Shown piece by piece: positions 26,801-38,959 of a stretch of DNA of 64,000 nucleotides (positions within the stretch are counted from its first letter, which is position 1; the number at the start of each line of letters is the position of its first letter). The notes below the pieces were generated by a model. That model made no database searches and was not told the origin of the DNA. It saw only the letters and a program-made list of their open reading frames with translations. The position numbers and the translations under genes are program-made. The stretch is from Monocercomonoides exilis PA203 (lineage: Eukaryota > Protista > Preaxostyla), in the NCBI GenBank assembly GCA_001643675.2, contig LSRY02000017.1:992001-1056000 (forward strand), written 5' to 3'.

Positions 26801-27383
26801 ATCAAACGAAAAGTTATGGTTGAAAGAGATGGAAAAATGAAATCTCAAACATTTCATATGCTCGACAAGTTATTTTGTTACTCTGTTTCTATTTAGTACG
26901 TGTTTATTTCATTAACAAAATGTAATGTCAGTGACAGAAGTGACTTCCAGTGACATAAAAAATCCATGTTTCACAGATCTTGTCAGTGAAAAATATATTT
27001 TGGAAAATTTGATATATAGAATTTTCAAAAATATTGCAAAAAATATTTAATATTTCTTTATCAAATATTTTTGATCATGCTCGACAAAGACAAAAAATTC
27101 TATTGATTTCTTTTCTTCTCTTACAGTTTTCTTTCTTTCTTTCATTTTGTTGAAACAAATATTTCCTGCCATGTTCCAACAAAATAAGAAAATTTTGTTG
27201 GAACATGAAACATTCTGTTAATTATTTGAATGAAAAAATATTAAAATATTTTATTTTTCTGTTCGAAAAAACACTCCCAAAAAAGAAAATATAAAAAAAA
27301 TAATGGTTGTGATCGGTAATAATTGTCCTGTCGGTCACCTGTGTCGGTTACTGACAAATTTTGCCACTTGTCGCACAGGTCTA
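23886..27383. mobile_element. Non-autonomous hAT-like element with cargo
   Basis: Perfect 15-bp TIR TAGACCTGTGCGACA; perfect 8-bp TSD TGTGAATG (23878-23885 and 27384-27391); subterminal TGTCGGTCACC at both ends. Confidence 0.9.
24330..25675 (+). pseudogene. Decayed member of an expanded helical hypothetical-protein family, inside the hAT-like element
   Basis: ORF pieces ELEYCTEDEQKQKIE.., KKEENEEIQKEVEMAL*, LKGGAVDDVLE..EEGCED, broken by stops and frameshifts. Confidence 0.7.
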
Positions 27384-28161
27384 TGTGAATGTTTTTTATT
27401 AAAAAAACGAAAGATTCTATGTTTTGATTTTTTCATAATTCTTTATTCAATTTTCTATCTGTCAAAATAGAATGAATTCAAAAAATAAAAAGTGTATATC
27501 ATTCTTTTGATTATTATTTATTGATTTGAAGTGTTCAAATATAATGATCAAAATAGACCAAGGTTATAAAAAATTGAATTAAAAAGAAAAGAAAAACACA
27601 GATTCAAATGACTTAAACAACAAAATTATTCATTGAAAACACATCTATTCAAATAATTACATAAAAATGAATAAAATCGTTAAATTTCACACATTGTTCA
27701 TAAAAAAATGAACAAACTTTATTTTTCTGAGGAAAACATCCATCAAAAACAGAAATTAACTTAAATCATTGGGTTTCTCAACTATTTCAAAATCAGCGGC
27801 TATTACAATGAATGCGAATAAGTAAAAAATGTGTAATTTCAATGGAAAAAACCAAAATATCAATCACCAAATTTATCGACATTTTGTTCGTGATCATCAA
27901 TAAATATCATTCATACACAAAAACAACAATGAAATAAAAAGCATATCAAAAAATTACTATAGACAAACTGCTCTGTTTCAGAAAACATAAAAAACTTCTA
28001 AGAATTTCGATCAAAATAGATACATATTTTTTGATTTTTTGATCACAAATAAGATTGAGGGAAAACCGAATTGATTGAGTCAAAACCAATAAAACAAACC
28101 AAAAACGTTTTGATTTGATCAATTCATATTGACCCGCTCAATTCGTTAAATCTCAACTCCA

Positions 28162-29829
28162 TAGTCGGGGAGGAAACCCGATCCAGGGAGGAAACCCGAC
28201 CCAATGATCTGAAAAACATTTATGAAAAATTGATGAAAATTAAAGTTTTTTTCTCTGAAAAAAACATGTTCAATATATGAAAAATGCACTGTTTCCAGTA
28301 AAAAAAACCTGAATAAAATAATAAACACGATTTTCTTAAACAGAAATTCAAATAACTGGATAATTAACAGAAATTGAGAAAAAGCAATAATTTAAGCAAA
28401 AAGTTGATGACCGTCGTCAGATGAATAATAGACTGCTCCATATGAAGCACCTTCTGGTGCTCTTTTAGGATTTATTTGTGAGGCAGCCCATTGAGGAGGG
28501 GCATCAGGTAAGCGATTCAAAACTTCATTTTTTTCTATTGGAAATAAACCACAAATCCTCCACGAAGCAATTATCGTTGAGGGGTAACTAGCAGCTGATA
28601 GTCCATTTTTTAAAGTTCGAATGAATGCTTCTCTTCTCTCCGCAGCCGTCGTAGCCTTCCCGCTTTCCGTTGCCTTGCTGAAATTCCTCTTTAAACTCGT
28701 AAACACAAATTGGTCGTTGGGCTGAAGAATATGAGAGGTGTGAGATGGAAGTTTTATCAAATCTATTAAACTGTCTCTGCAAACTTTTTTCATTTCATCG
28801 CTGAAATGGCCCACACCTCCATCCATGACCAGCATAGCATGATCATATTGCTTTCCAATGGCGCACCGTTTTTTGTTTATTTCTGGCAAAAATATTTTTT
28901 TAAACAATTCAGCGAATAATGATGATGTTAAATGGCCTGACGTGGTTGGGATAAAAACTTCAGTTGAGGTTGTGGCAAGAAGATATTCTGCTGGAATTGT
29001 TTTGAAGGGAATGAGAATTGGTGCAAGGTATCTGCACCCATCGGCGCTTGTCATTAAAATGATTGATGTGGATGTTGGCAGAGACGATTCTGGAGTGATT
29101 GATGAAGGAACAGAAGAAGATGAAGCGACCTGTTCTTCTGATAAAGCTGAAAAAACTGTTGATGTTTCATCAATATTGAACATCAATTGAGGTATTGGTT
29201 TCACCTTGAAGCAATATTTTTCGTAGGCGTCGAAAAACGGAATTAATACTGCTTTACATGAATGTGCAGCCCTTCCAATGGGTAGCGGTTTCGGCTTTTG
29301 CAAGTTGATTTTTTTATGTCTTAACAAAAAACGATCAACCCAATGCTTATCCACAGTCTTGATTTCTTCTCCTTCGCTTCTTTTTTTGCACAGTAATTCA
29401 TTTGCCTGAAATACAAAAAAAGTTAAAAAAATGATGAAAACACATATTTTCACACCATTTGCATAATATTTCGTTTCGTGTGATAAATTCCGATCCTTAT
29501 GTCCTCCAAAATCCTCTATTCTAACTCATCTTCTTTTGCTTTTGTTAACAATGTTGGTCTACCATTTTTTCTTAAATCTCTCCCTTCTTTTCTTGCTGTC
29601 AAGGCTCTCACCAAACATCCTCTCGAAATTAACCCGCTTTCCTTTATTTCACGACCGGAGTATTGCAAAATATCATAGGCATACAAGGCCTTGACAAATT
29701 CATCTCCAATTGAACGCATATCACTCGATGCTTTAATTCTGACAAGAGAAGGTTTCTTTTCCATTGTTTTGATCAAAAACATTAATCAAAATTTTTGATC
29801 AAAAATGGATCGGGTTTCCTCCCCGACTA
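28162..29829 (-). mobile_element. pogo/Fot-like DNA transposon, family 2
   Basis: 24-bp TIR TAGTCGGGGAGGAAACCCGATCCA at both ends; internal transposase. Confidence 0.9.
28392..29782 (-). pseudogene. DDE_1-type transposase (DD35D); intron 29406-29455; one in-frame TAG at 29516
   Basis: GRPTLLT, WVDRFL, NIDET, MDGG...LPSHTSHILQPND. Confidence 0.85.
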
Positions 29830-32198
29830 TAACTTATGCGATTTGAACTGGTCATATATTATTTGCCTTTGCTAAAGCAGATAAGTTAAATATAATGCAA
29901 ATTAGATCGAGACAAATCGATTTGATTGAGTCAAAGCAAATTACTATAATTGTGGGTGCGAATATGATCGATAATAATTGTTATTAATGGGTGTTTTTGT
30001 ATTTAACTTTTTTGAAACTTCATCATTCATGTCTCAATCTCCATTTTTCGATATTTTGAAGAGCGTGGAGAAAAGAAATGTGATGCCATCTCATGTCGAG
30101 ATTAAATCTGATGATGATCAGCAATCAATCATCGATAAATTTTGTAAAAAATTTTCTGACCCATCTTTCGGTTTTCACCGACTGACTGGGTTTGTTCGTT
30201 ATGAATTCGACTTGCTTCTTCGTCTTCCCTCATCATCAGCCCAACCTCATCGTGGAAGGGCAAAATCAATCGAATCTTTGGATGAACAACTTTTTCTTTT
30301 GTTAGTTTTTCTTCACCACGGCTCCATTTCTTTAACTCACGTCATATCTCAATCAAAACACGAATCTCAAACATCAACTGTTCGACTTCTTCATTCAACA
30401 GCATCAAATTTAAAACCTCAACTTGCAAATCTTTTTCTTTCATTTCGTCCAGATCGATTAGAGCAAATAAAGGAGGTGGGAATTGTGCTTGACTGCACAG
30501 TAATACCTACAAACAGGCCTGGAGGGAGGTTGGAGTTTGGAAAAAAATACTACTCAGGGAAGCATCACATCTATTGTGTCAAGGCGGAGGTGGGAGTGAA
30601 CCCCAAGGTGGGGACAGCAAGTACAATCAGTTCTATCTACTCTGGGTCAACTCGCGATTTCATTATTTTCAAAGAACATCACCCCACATTTGTTCAAAAG
30701 CTTGGAGGAGCAAAGATTTTGGCCGATTCCGCTTACACAGGAGCGAAACCAGAGCTTGGGGCGATTATTACAAAGCCCGTTGGAACTCCTGAGCTTGCAT
30801 CTCATCGTGTTATTGTTGAAAGATTTCTTGGAAGGCTCAAAACTCTCTTTTCTGTCTTCCGTCATCCGTGGGTTTTTGAAATGGAGCGTGTTGGGGACTA
30901 TTTTTCAGTGGCTTGCTGCCTCACAAACTTTCATATCTTGCACAATCCACTCACAAATAAGGATTTTGAAGCAAATTCATTGTTTTTGGAGGAGTTATAT
31001 TCGAATTACTTGAGAAAAGTTGATGCAAAGAAGGTGGCTAATGCTCGATATTTCGCCAAAATGAAAAATAAACTCAATCCAGAAAATACACTGACACCCA
31101 CAATAACTACAATTTTGGCAGAAATTGGAAGCTTATCTTTTACTTTTTTACCATTATTTTTTATTTTTTATTACAATTTTTTCATTTTTATAAACATCAT
31201 TTTACCATATTTTTTTTATTTTAGATGCTTCTGATGATGATCAAAGGGCGTACGAAGCAGAAAAAGCTAAAGAAAGAAGAGAAAGAGCGAATAGCGAAGT
31301 TTTAGTACAAAGAAGCGAGCAAAGGGAACAGGTTTTGGAAAAAGAAAGAAATGATTTTGATGAAAATCAAAATTGTGATAATTCACAAGCTTGGCACCTT
31401 CCGCAGCAATTGAAGTCGATAAGTATTTTTTCTCCATCTTCAACTCAACCTTTTCCTTCATTTTCACAATCACAACCTTCTTCTTCCTTTTCATCATCAT
31501 CTTCATCAACTGCTTCTTCTTCCTCTTCTGTTGGTTCAAAACAAAATAAACCCCCATCTGTTCTTCAATCGTTGCTGAATAAAAAGTGATTATCATTTAA
31601 TTTTTCTTTAACTTCTTTAAGCAACCATCTCATCTTTTCAATAATCTTAAATAATTAATATTTCCAATTCTAATTTTTTTTTTTGAATAAAAAACAAAAA
31701 TTGTGTTCATCAATAAAATTTCTATATATTTTTTAATTTTCTATACAAAATATAGTAATAAAAATGAAATGAAACAAAAAACCAACAATAACAAAAAAGT
31801 TAACGAAATTGGATCGAAAGAGCTTTTTGTTTTTCTGAAATACAGATATATATTAAATTTCAACTGTGATCATCTCTTGCTCGTGTTTAAAACGTAAGTT
31901 TCAAATTGTTCATTATGATCCGAATCGGAAGAAGAGATGTTGATAATAAACAATAAACACTTAAAACAATCAAAAAAAGAATTCACAAACTTGTTGTATT
32001 TTAAAAATCTGCTGACAAGGAAGAGAGTTTGAAAAAATGAGTCAATATCTTGATCGTAATTGACTCATAATTGTTTTCAAAAAAGATCAAAAAAAGATCT
32101 ATTCAAATCAGATTTGATTAAGTCAATTCAAATAAGATTGACTAAATGCAAATTGATTGAGTCAAATCAAAATTATGCACTCAATTCGAAAAAGTTCA
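29830..32198 (+). mobile_element. PHIS-type element with transposase, array unit 3
   Basis: Right end AATTCGAAAAAGTTCA followed by ACT; left end damaged by the pogo insertion; subterminal GATTGAGTCAA motifs. Confidence 0.8.
30029..31589 (+). CDS. DDE_Tnp_4 (Harbinger/ISL2EU/IS5-like) transposase, apparently intact; predicted intron 31131-31224
   Basis: F.RLTG, LDCT, YSGKHH, LADSAY, RVIVERF.GRLK, CCLTNF motifs. Confidence 0.85.
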
Positions 32199-32201
32199 AC
32201 T

Positions 32202-34540
32202 AGAACTTAATTAATTTGACTGCGTCAAGTGGCATTAGATCGGTCAACATCCAATAAGATCGATCTAATGCCATTAAGACGCAGTCAAATTGGATGTGAC
32301 TCAGTCACATCCGATGTTTTCAATTCTGGGTGTCATGATCACTTTAAAAAAAAAATCTTTAAAGGGTCATTTCACTTGCTTGTTTCTATTTTTTTCACAA
32401 AATGTAACAATCAACTTTTTTAGACATTTTAGAGAGAGTGGAAAAGAGAAATGCTATCACTGCACCAGTGCACATCACTCCTTCAACTGCAAAAAAATCC
32501 CTTATCGAATCTGCTTGCAAATATATGAAAATTGATAAAACTCATGCATTTTTCCGACTCACTGGATTTGCTCGTTTTGAATTTGATTTGCTTTATCAGT
32601 TATTAAGCAAAGAAATCCCTCTTCATCGAGGTAAAGAAAAAACAATTGAAAAATTTGAGGATCAACTTTTTCTTCTTTTGAATTTTTTACATCTTGGATC
32701 AACATCCTTCACTCATTTTCTCGTTTCTTCTTTTTATGAAACACAAAATTCAACAATTAAACTACTTCACAGCATTGTTCAAAATATAAAAGTCAATCTG
32801 ATAGATTTGTTTATCACATTTCGACCAGATAGATTGGATGATATGAGAGATGTGGGTGTTGTGGTTGACTGCACAGTTCTTCCAATCAACAGGCCTGCTG
32901 GAAGCTTACAGTTTGGAACAAAATTCTTCAGCGGGAAGCATCATATTTACTGCGTGAAGGCTGAAGTTGGTGTTTACCCGCGCACCGGAACAGCCAGCAC
33001 TGTCAGTTCTATTCATACCGGTTCAACACATGACTTTTCCATCTTCAAGGAGCATTTCCCACAATTTAAGGCGCAGCTTGGGGGCTCAAAGGTGCTTGCG
33101 GACTCGGCATACATCGGGGCGAGGGCTGATTTGGATGCATATATTACGAAACCTGTCGGAACTCCTCAGCTGGCATCGCGGCGAGTCATAGTCGAGCGTT
33201 ATTTTGGTCGTTTGAAGACTCTCTTCGCTGTCTTTCGCCACAATTGGCCATTTCAGGTCGAAAAGATTGCTGACTACTTCATTGTTACATGCGCACTGAC
33301 AAACTTCCACATCCTTCACAACCCATTAACTGGACTTGACTGCGAAGCCAATCAGAGGTTCATCAATGAACGATACCTAATTACAACAAGAAAAACAGAA
33401 GCAAGGAGACTTGTCAACGATAGATATCGGGCTAAACTTAAAAATAGACTCAACCCAGAGGCCTCTCCAACTTCTAGAATTACAGTTCTGCTTGCAGAAG
33501 AAGCTGGCGTGAATTTTTATTTTTTACCCATATTATTCTTTATAACGTTTTATTTCTTCTTTTTCTTATTTCAATAACCATAACTATCTTTTTTAGGTGA
33601 TTCTGATGACCAACAAACCCAAAATAGTGAAAAAGAAGAGAAAGAAGAAGAGAAAGAAGAAAAGGAAAAGAAAAAGAAAATTTCTATTGAAGAAAAAGAA
33701 AAAAGGAATGAAATTATTATGTTGAATAGTGAAAATGATGAAATAGAAGATGAAAGAAATAATGTTGTTGGCACATGGTTCATTCCGAACCAATGGAAAA
33801 GTCTTCGCCTTCTTCAACAATCTTCTTCTTCAACTTTTCCTTCTTCTTCATGTTCATCATCTGATGAGAAAAGAAAAAGAGTAAGTGAATCGCCTTTACA
33901 ATTTCTTTTAGCAAATAAAAAATGAGTTTTTTCTTATTTTTTTATATAAACATTCACCTTCATCACCTTTTTTTATAATCATAATACACTTTTGATGTTT
34001 TAGATAATATTTGTTTTTGTTATTATTAAACATACATAAAAATATAAAAAAATTTGATTGAAAATTGTTTTTAACTCTTTAAAGCTTAAAATAAAAAATG
34101 AAAATATGAAATAAATGAAAATGAACATTTTAACAAACACGTATATGCAAATATTAAAAAATACATTCAAATAAGCTATAACTGTTGTTTTTTTTGTTTA
34201 AAAGTTGGTAATCCTTACAAAAAATGCGTATAAACTTGATATAAATACATAGTATGAAAAATAGATAAAAGTGTAAAAACTGATCAAAAATGGCTTTTAT
34301 AATATCTAATAAACACACAAACCAAATTCTAAAACACAACTAAAAACATTGGTGAAGAAATAAACAAAACAAAAAAAGTTAAGATCACAACACTCAAAAC
34401 AAATTTAATTGATAATTCCGACTCTGAAAACATGTGAGATAGAGGGAAATTCGATTAAAAATAGATAAATTCGATAAACCAGACAAAAATCGATTTGACT
34501 GAATCACATTTTCGCGACTCAGTCAAATCAATCAAGTTCT
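32202..34540 (+). mobile_element. PHIS-type element with transposase, array unit 4
   Basis: TIRs AGAACTTAATTAATTTGACTGCGTC and GACTCAGTCAAATCAATCAAGTTCT; ACT on both sides. Confidence 0.9.
32402..33925 (+). pseudogene. DDE_Tnp_4 transposase with a stop at codon 2; predicted intron 33507-33596
   Basis: ATG TAA CAA TCA ACT TTT TTA GAC ATT aligns to MSQSPFFDI of unit 3. The rest is open, with VDCT, FSGKHH, HD, LADSAY and IVERYF motifs. Confidence 0.8.
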
Positions 34541-34543
34541 ACT

Positions 34544-35536
34544 AGACCTTAAACGAATTGAGCGGCTCAATTCGAATTGATTAAGTCAAAACGTTTTTTT
34601 GTCTATTTTAATGATTTTGACTCAATCAATTCGGTTTTCCCTCAATCTATTTTGTGATCATAAAATCAAAAATTATATATCAAGTTTGATCATAATTATG
34701 AGTAGTTTTTTCTGTTTTCTGTTACAGAGTGGTTTGTTTTTAACTGTTTTTTGAAATGTTAACTTATTAATTGTCATTTTAATGATTATTAGTTCTTTTT
34801 TGTTGCAAAATGATAAGAAGTCCTAAAAGAGCAAAGAACATTTTTTTGCAAATAAGATTGATATGAATTGATATTTGCTTTTGCATTTGCATTGATTTAT
34901 TTGTTTGCTCAAAAACAATCTATTCTATATTTATTTATTCATTCATTTTTTTGTTAAATTGTTTCAATTTTTAAAAGTTTTCATTTAAACCATGAAACTT
35001 AATGATCGATGTTTTTTGCGACTTTCATTTGAAGCAATTCAAACAGACATTGCTTTAAAGCTATTTTTTTATTTTTATTAAAAAACTTTTGTAATTGAAG
35101 TCAAAATTTTAAATTTTTCAAAAAATATTTTTATCTTTTTTCACACTTAAGATCTTTATGTTTAACAAGAAAAAGCATCAAAAATATACTTGTAAGAGTT
35201 AGAAATTAGAGTTTTGCTTGTTTTAATCGAAAAAACTGATTCAAAATTCAAATGTGAAAATCCAAAAAAATTCAGAAAAAAAGAAATTTCGACTTTTTCG
35301 ATGAAATATATATTATTATTAAATGAAATTAAAATTTTTATATATAAAATGATTTCAAAAATGAAAAAAACAAGTTAACAAAAGCTGTAATTTTGATTGA
35401 TCATGCACCCAGAATTGAATCAATCGGTCTTGACTCAATCAAAACGGTTTTGAGACTAACTTTTAGGTTTTATGAACCACTTATTGGTCTTAGACGGAGC
35501 TAACGGGTATTGATTAGGTAATTTCGTTTAAAATCT
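34544..35536 (+). mobile_element. PHIS-type MITE, array unit 5
   Basis: AGACCTTAAACGAATTG start, TTCGTTTAAAATCT end, ACT flanks; homologous to 22661-23655. Confidence 0.88.
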
Positions 35537-35539
35537 ACT

Positions 35540-36528
35540 AGAACTAAAACGAAATTATTAAGTAATGCGGTATTCGATTTGACTAATACCAATAAGTTAC
35601 ATAAAAAATCAAAAAGTGAGACTCAAAACCGTTTTGATTGAGTCAAAACCGATTGAATCAATTCTGGGTGTGAGATCAATCAAAATCACAGTTTTTGATT
35701 ATTTGTTTTTTTCATTTTTAAAAATTATTATATTTATAAATATTTCATTTTCATTCAATTGTTGAACACATTTCTTGAAAAAGTCAATATTTCTTAATTT
35801 CAACTTTTTTGGATTTTTATATCAAAATATTGTATCAATTTTTGAGATTTAAACAAATAAAACTCTTATTATTCACTTTTATATGTAAATTTAGGATGCT
35901 TTAAACATATTAAACATAACGATCTTAAGTGTGAAAAAAGATAAAAATATTTCTTGATAAATTAAAATTTTGACTTCAATTAGAAAAATTTATCAATTAA
36001 AATAAAAAAATAGCTTAAAAGAAATGTCTGTTTGAATTGCTTCAAATGAAAGACGCAAAAAACATCGATCATTAAGTTTCATGGTTTAAATGAAAACTTT
36101 TAAAAATTGAAACAATTTAACTGAAAAATGAATGGAAAAAAAATACAGCATTGAATTTTTTTTATCAAGCCGATAGCATAATGTGAATTCAGAAGTTAAC
36201 ATCTTATAATATCATTCGTATTTGCAGAAAAATGAACTTTGTTCGTGACGGACTTATTTTCATTATGCAACAAAAAAGAACCAATAAACAAATAAAAGAC
36301 AATAAATAAGTGAACGTTTCAAAAAACAGTTTAAAACAAACCACTCTGTAACAGAAAACAGAAAAAACTACTCATAATTATGATCAAACTTGATATATAA
36401 TTTTTGATTTTTTGATCACAAAAAAGATTGAGGGAAAACCGAATTGATTGAGTCAAAACCATTAAAATTGACTGAAAACGTTTTGACTTAATCAATTCGA
36501 ATTGACCCGCTCAATTCGTCTAAGGTCC
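35540..36528 (-). mobile_element. PHIS-type MITE, array unit 6 (inverted relative to unit 5)
   Basis: AGAACTAAAACGAAAT start, CAATTCGTCTAAGGTCC end, ACT flanks. Confidence 0.88.
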
Positions 36529-36731
36529 ACTAGACCTTTGACGATTTAATATAATCAATTTTCATAAGTCGATTCTTTTTCACAAAAGTTTTTCATAATA
36601 CGAATTAGATTTAGAAAATACAGTATTGAATTTCTCACAACCATTGAAATAAATGTTGGGAAAATGATCCTTCAAAAAAAACCTCAATTAATGGGATATA
36701 TTGTTAATAACGCTTTTGAAAAGTGAACATC

Positions 36732-38348
36732 ATGTCCCAAATCAACATTGAAAGCATTCTTGAAAGTGTCGAAAAACGTAATGTTTTACCGAAAGCTCTG
36801 CAAATCAAAACAGAAAAAGTTCAACGTTCTATCATTGAAATAGCTTGTGAAAAACTTGAAGATCCATCTCGCTCATTTTTTCGATTGTCAGGGTTTTCAA
36901 GAAATGAATTCGATCTATTGTTATTACTACTGCAAAAAGAATCTCCTTACCACCGTGGAAGAGACAGAGCAATTAACACTTTGGAGGAGCATTTGTTTTT
37001 GCTTCTGAATTTTTTGCATCATGGTTCACCAACACTAACCTTTTCGCTTGCTTCCCCTTTCTACGATTCTCAGAGTGCGACAAACAGATTGTTACATTCA
37101 ATAACATCTTCTCTCAAACACCAATTGGCAGATTTATTTCTAACATTTCGCAAAGACAGGTTGGATGAAATGAAGGATGTTGGAATTGTACTAGATTGCA
37201 CAGTGATTCCTATTTGCAGACCAGGATGAAAACTGAAGGAAGGAAAGAAGTTCTATAGTGGAAAGCATCATTACTATTGCGTTAAAGTGGAAGTTGGAGT
37301 AAATCCAAGGAAGGGCACTGTGAGCACTATAACCGAGGTTTACACAGGTTCAACACACGATTACAGCGTGTATAAAGAGCACTGTCCAAAGTTCTAGGAC
37401 AAAATGGAAGGATCGAAAATACTCGCAGATTCAGCTTATGTGGGTGCAAGACCAGAGCTGGGGGCCATCATTAGCAAACCAGTTGGGACAAAGGAAATTT
37501 CATCAAAAAGGGTTATTGTTGAACGTTTTTTCGGAAGACTTAAGACATTATTCTCTGTCTTTCGTCATCCTTGGCCTTTCGATGTTGAAAAAATCGGAGA
37601 GTACTTTTTCGTTGCTTGTTGTCTCACTAATTATCACATTCTTCAAAACCCTCTCACTAAAAAAGACGAAGAAGCAAATCAACGATTTTTGGACAGTTTG
37701 GTTTACGATTATTTACAGAAAAAAGAAGCAAAACGGATTGCAAATGAAAGATACAACACGAAAATCAAAAATAAATTGAATCCTGGAAATATGCCAGCAC
37801 CCAGAATTTCTTCTCTAGGAGCCCAAAGAGAAGGTTTACTAATTGAAATATTAACCATAACTTTGTTTTTTATGCAAATAAAACATTTTTTGAACATTCA
37901 CATTAACCATATTTTTTTTTGTTAATTGATAGGGCAAACACAGAATTTAGTCGCCATTGATCATGCCATAAGCAGAGGAGAAGAAGAAAGAGAACAACTT
38001 GAGAGCCAAAGAGAAGAAGAAAGGGTTTGTCGATTGGAAAGAGAAAGAGAAAGAGAAATTCCAGATGCACAATCAAGTGATCACTCATTTGATTGGTTTC
38101 TCCCTGGGCAATGGAAATCAACAAACATTTTCTTGCCGTCTTCTTCTGCTCCTTTTCCAGTTTTTCCTGCTTCCTCTTCATCTTTATCATCAGCTTCTGC
38201 ATCTTCATCTTCATCTTCATCTTCATCTTCATCTTCATCTTCATCTTCATCTTCATCTTCATCTTCATCTTCATCTTCATCTTCAGCTACTCAAAATACG
38301 CAAATTCTGAGTCCGCTACAATTATTATTAAACCAGCGAAATGATTAA
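36732..38348 (+). pseudogene. DDE_Tnp_4 transposase pseudogene; intron 37834-37932
   Basis: Same motifs as units 3 and 4; in-frame TGA at 37227 and TAG at 37395. Confidence 0.85.
38200..38285 (+). repeat. (TCATCT)n repeat encoding poly-Ser in transposase exon 2
   Basis: About 14 hexamer units. Confidence 0.9.
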
Positions 38349-38959
38349 TTGATATATAAATACAATATATTAAAAATTTTTCACTTCAATATCAATAATA
38401 ATAAAAACACTTGGTTTTGTTCAAATTGTTTTATTTTTTAAAATGAACACTTAATTTAAACAAAGAACAAAAAAAATTATTATGAAAAATTTCTTTCAAC
38501 AGCTTTGTTGATTAGAAACTTTATCTCATAAAAATAATTACTCCAATTTGAAATGATAAAAGTTATAAATATAAAAAAAGGAATTGTCATAAAAATATAT
38601 TTCATTCACATTATTTTTTTAAATCGATCATGTTTGTTTAGACGAGAAACTTCTAAAACTGTACTTGTAGTAATCATCTGAACTTTAACGAATTTCAATA
38701 ATCAGTTCAAAATGAAATGAAACATACTTAATAACACTTATTCAAACTTATTGTTCGATTCATGTGAAAGTTACTATTAATAACAGCAAGAACAAAACTC
38801 TAAAAAAACGATCAAATCATTTCCATAATATGCTTATTTGAGATCAAAAAAAAGATAGATCAAATACCGAATTGAGTTCGTCAACACTAAATAGAAAAAC
38901 AGAAAACAAATTGATTGAATCAAAACGAAATTACCCGATAAATTCGTCAAAGGTCTACT

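Larger units (their letters stand above)
23659..28155 (-). mobile_element. PHIS-type MITE, array unit 2 (inverted; split by a hAT-like insertion)
   Basis: Starts AGAACTAAAACGAAAT and ends GACCCGCTCAATTCGTT.. followed by ACT at 28156; ~990 bp once the insert is removed. Confidence 0.8.
36532..38956 (+). mobile_element. PHIS-type element with transposase pseudogene, array unit 7
   Basis: TIR AGACCTTTGACGA at both ends; ACT flanks. Confidence 0.9.

Noticed and set aside
37903-38344. MKMKMK, LHLHLH and IFIFIF ORFs
   Set aside because: Alternate readings of the TCATCT repeat.
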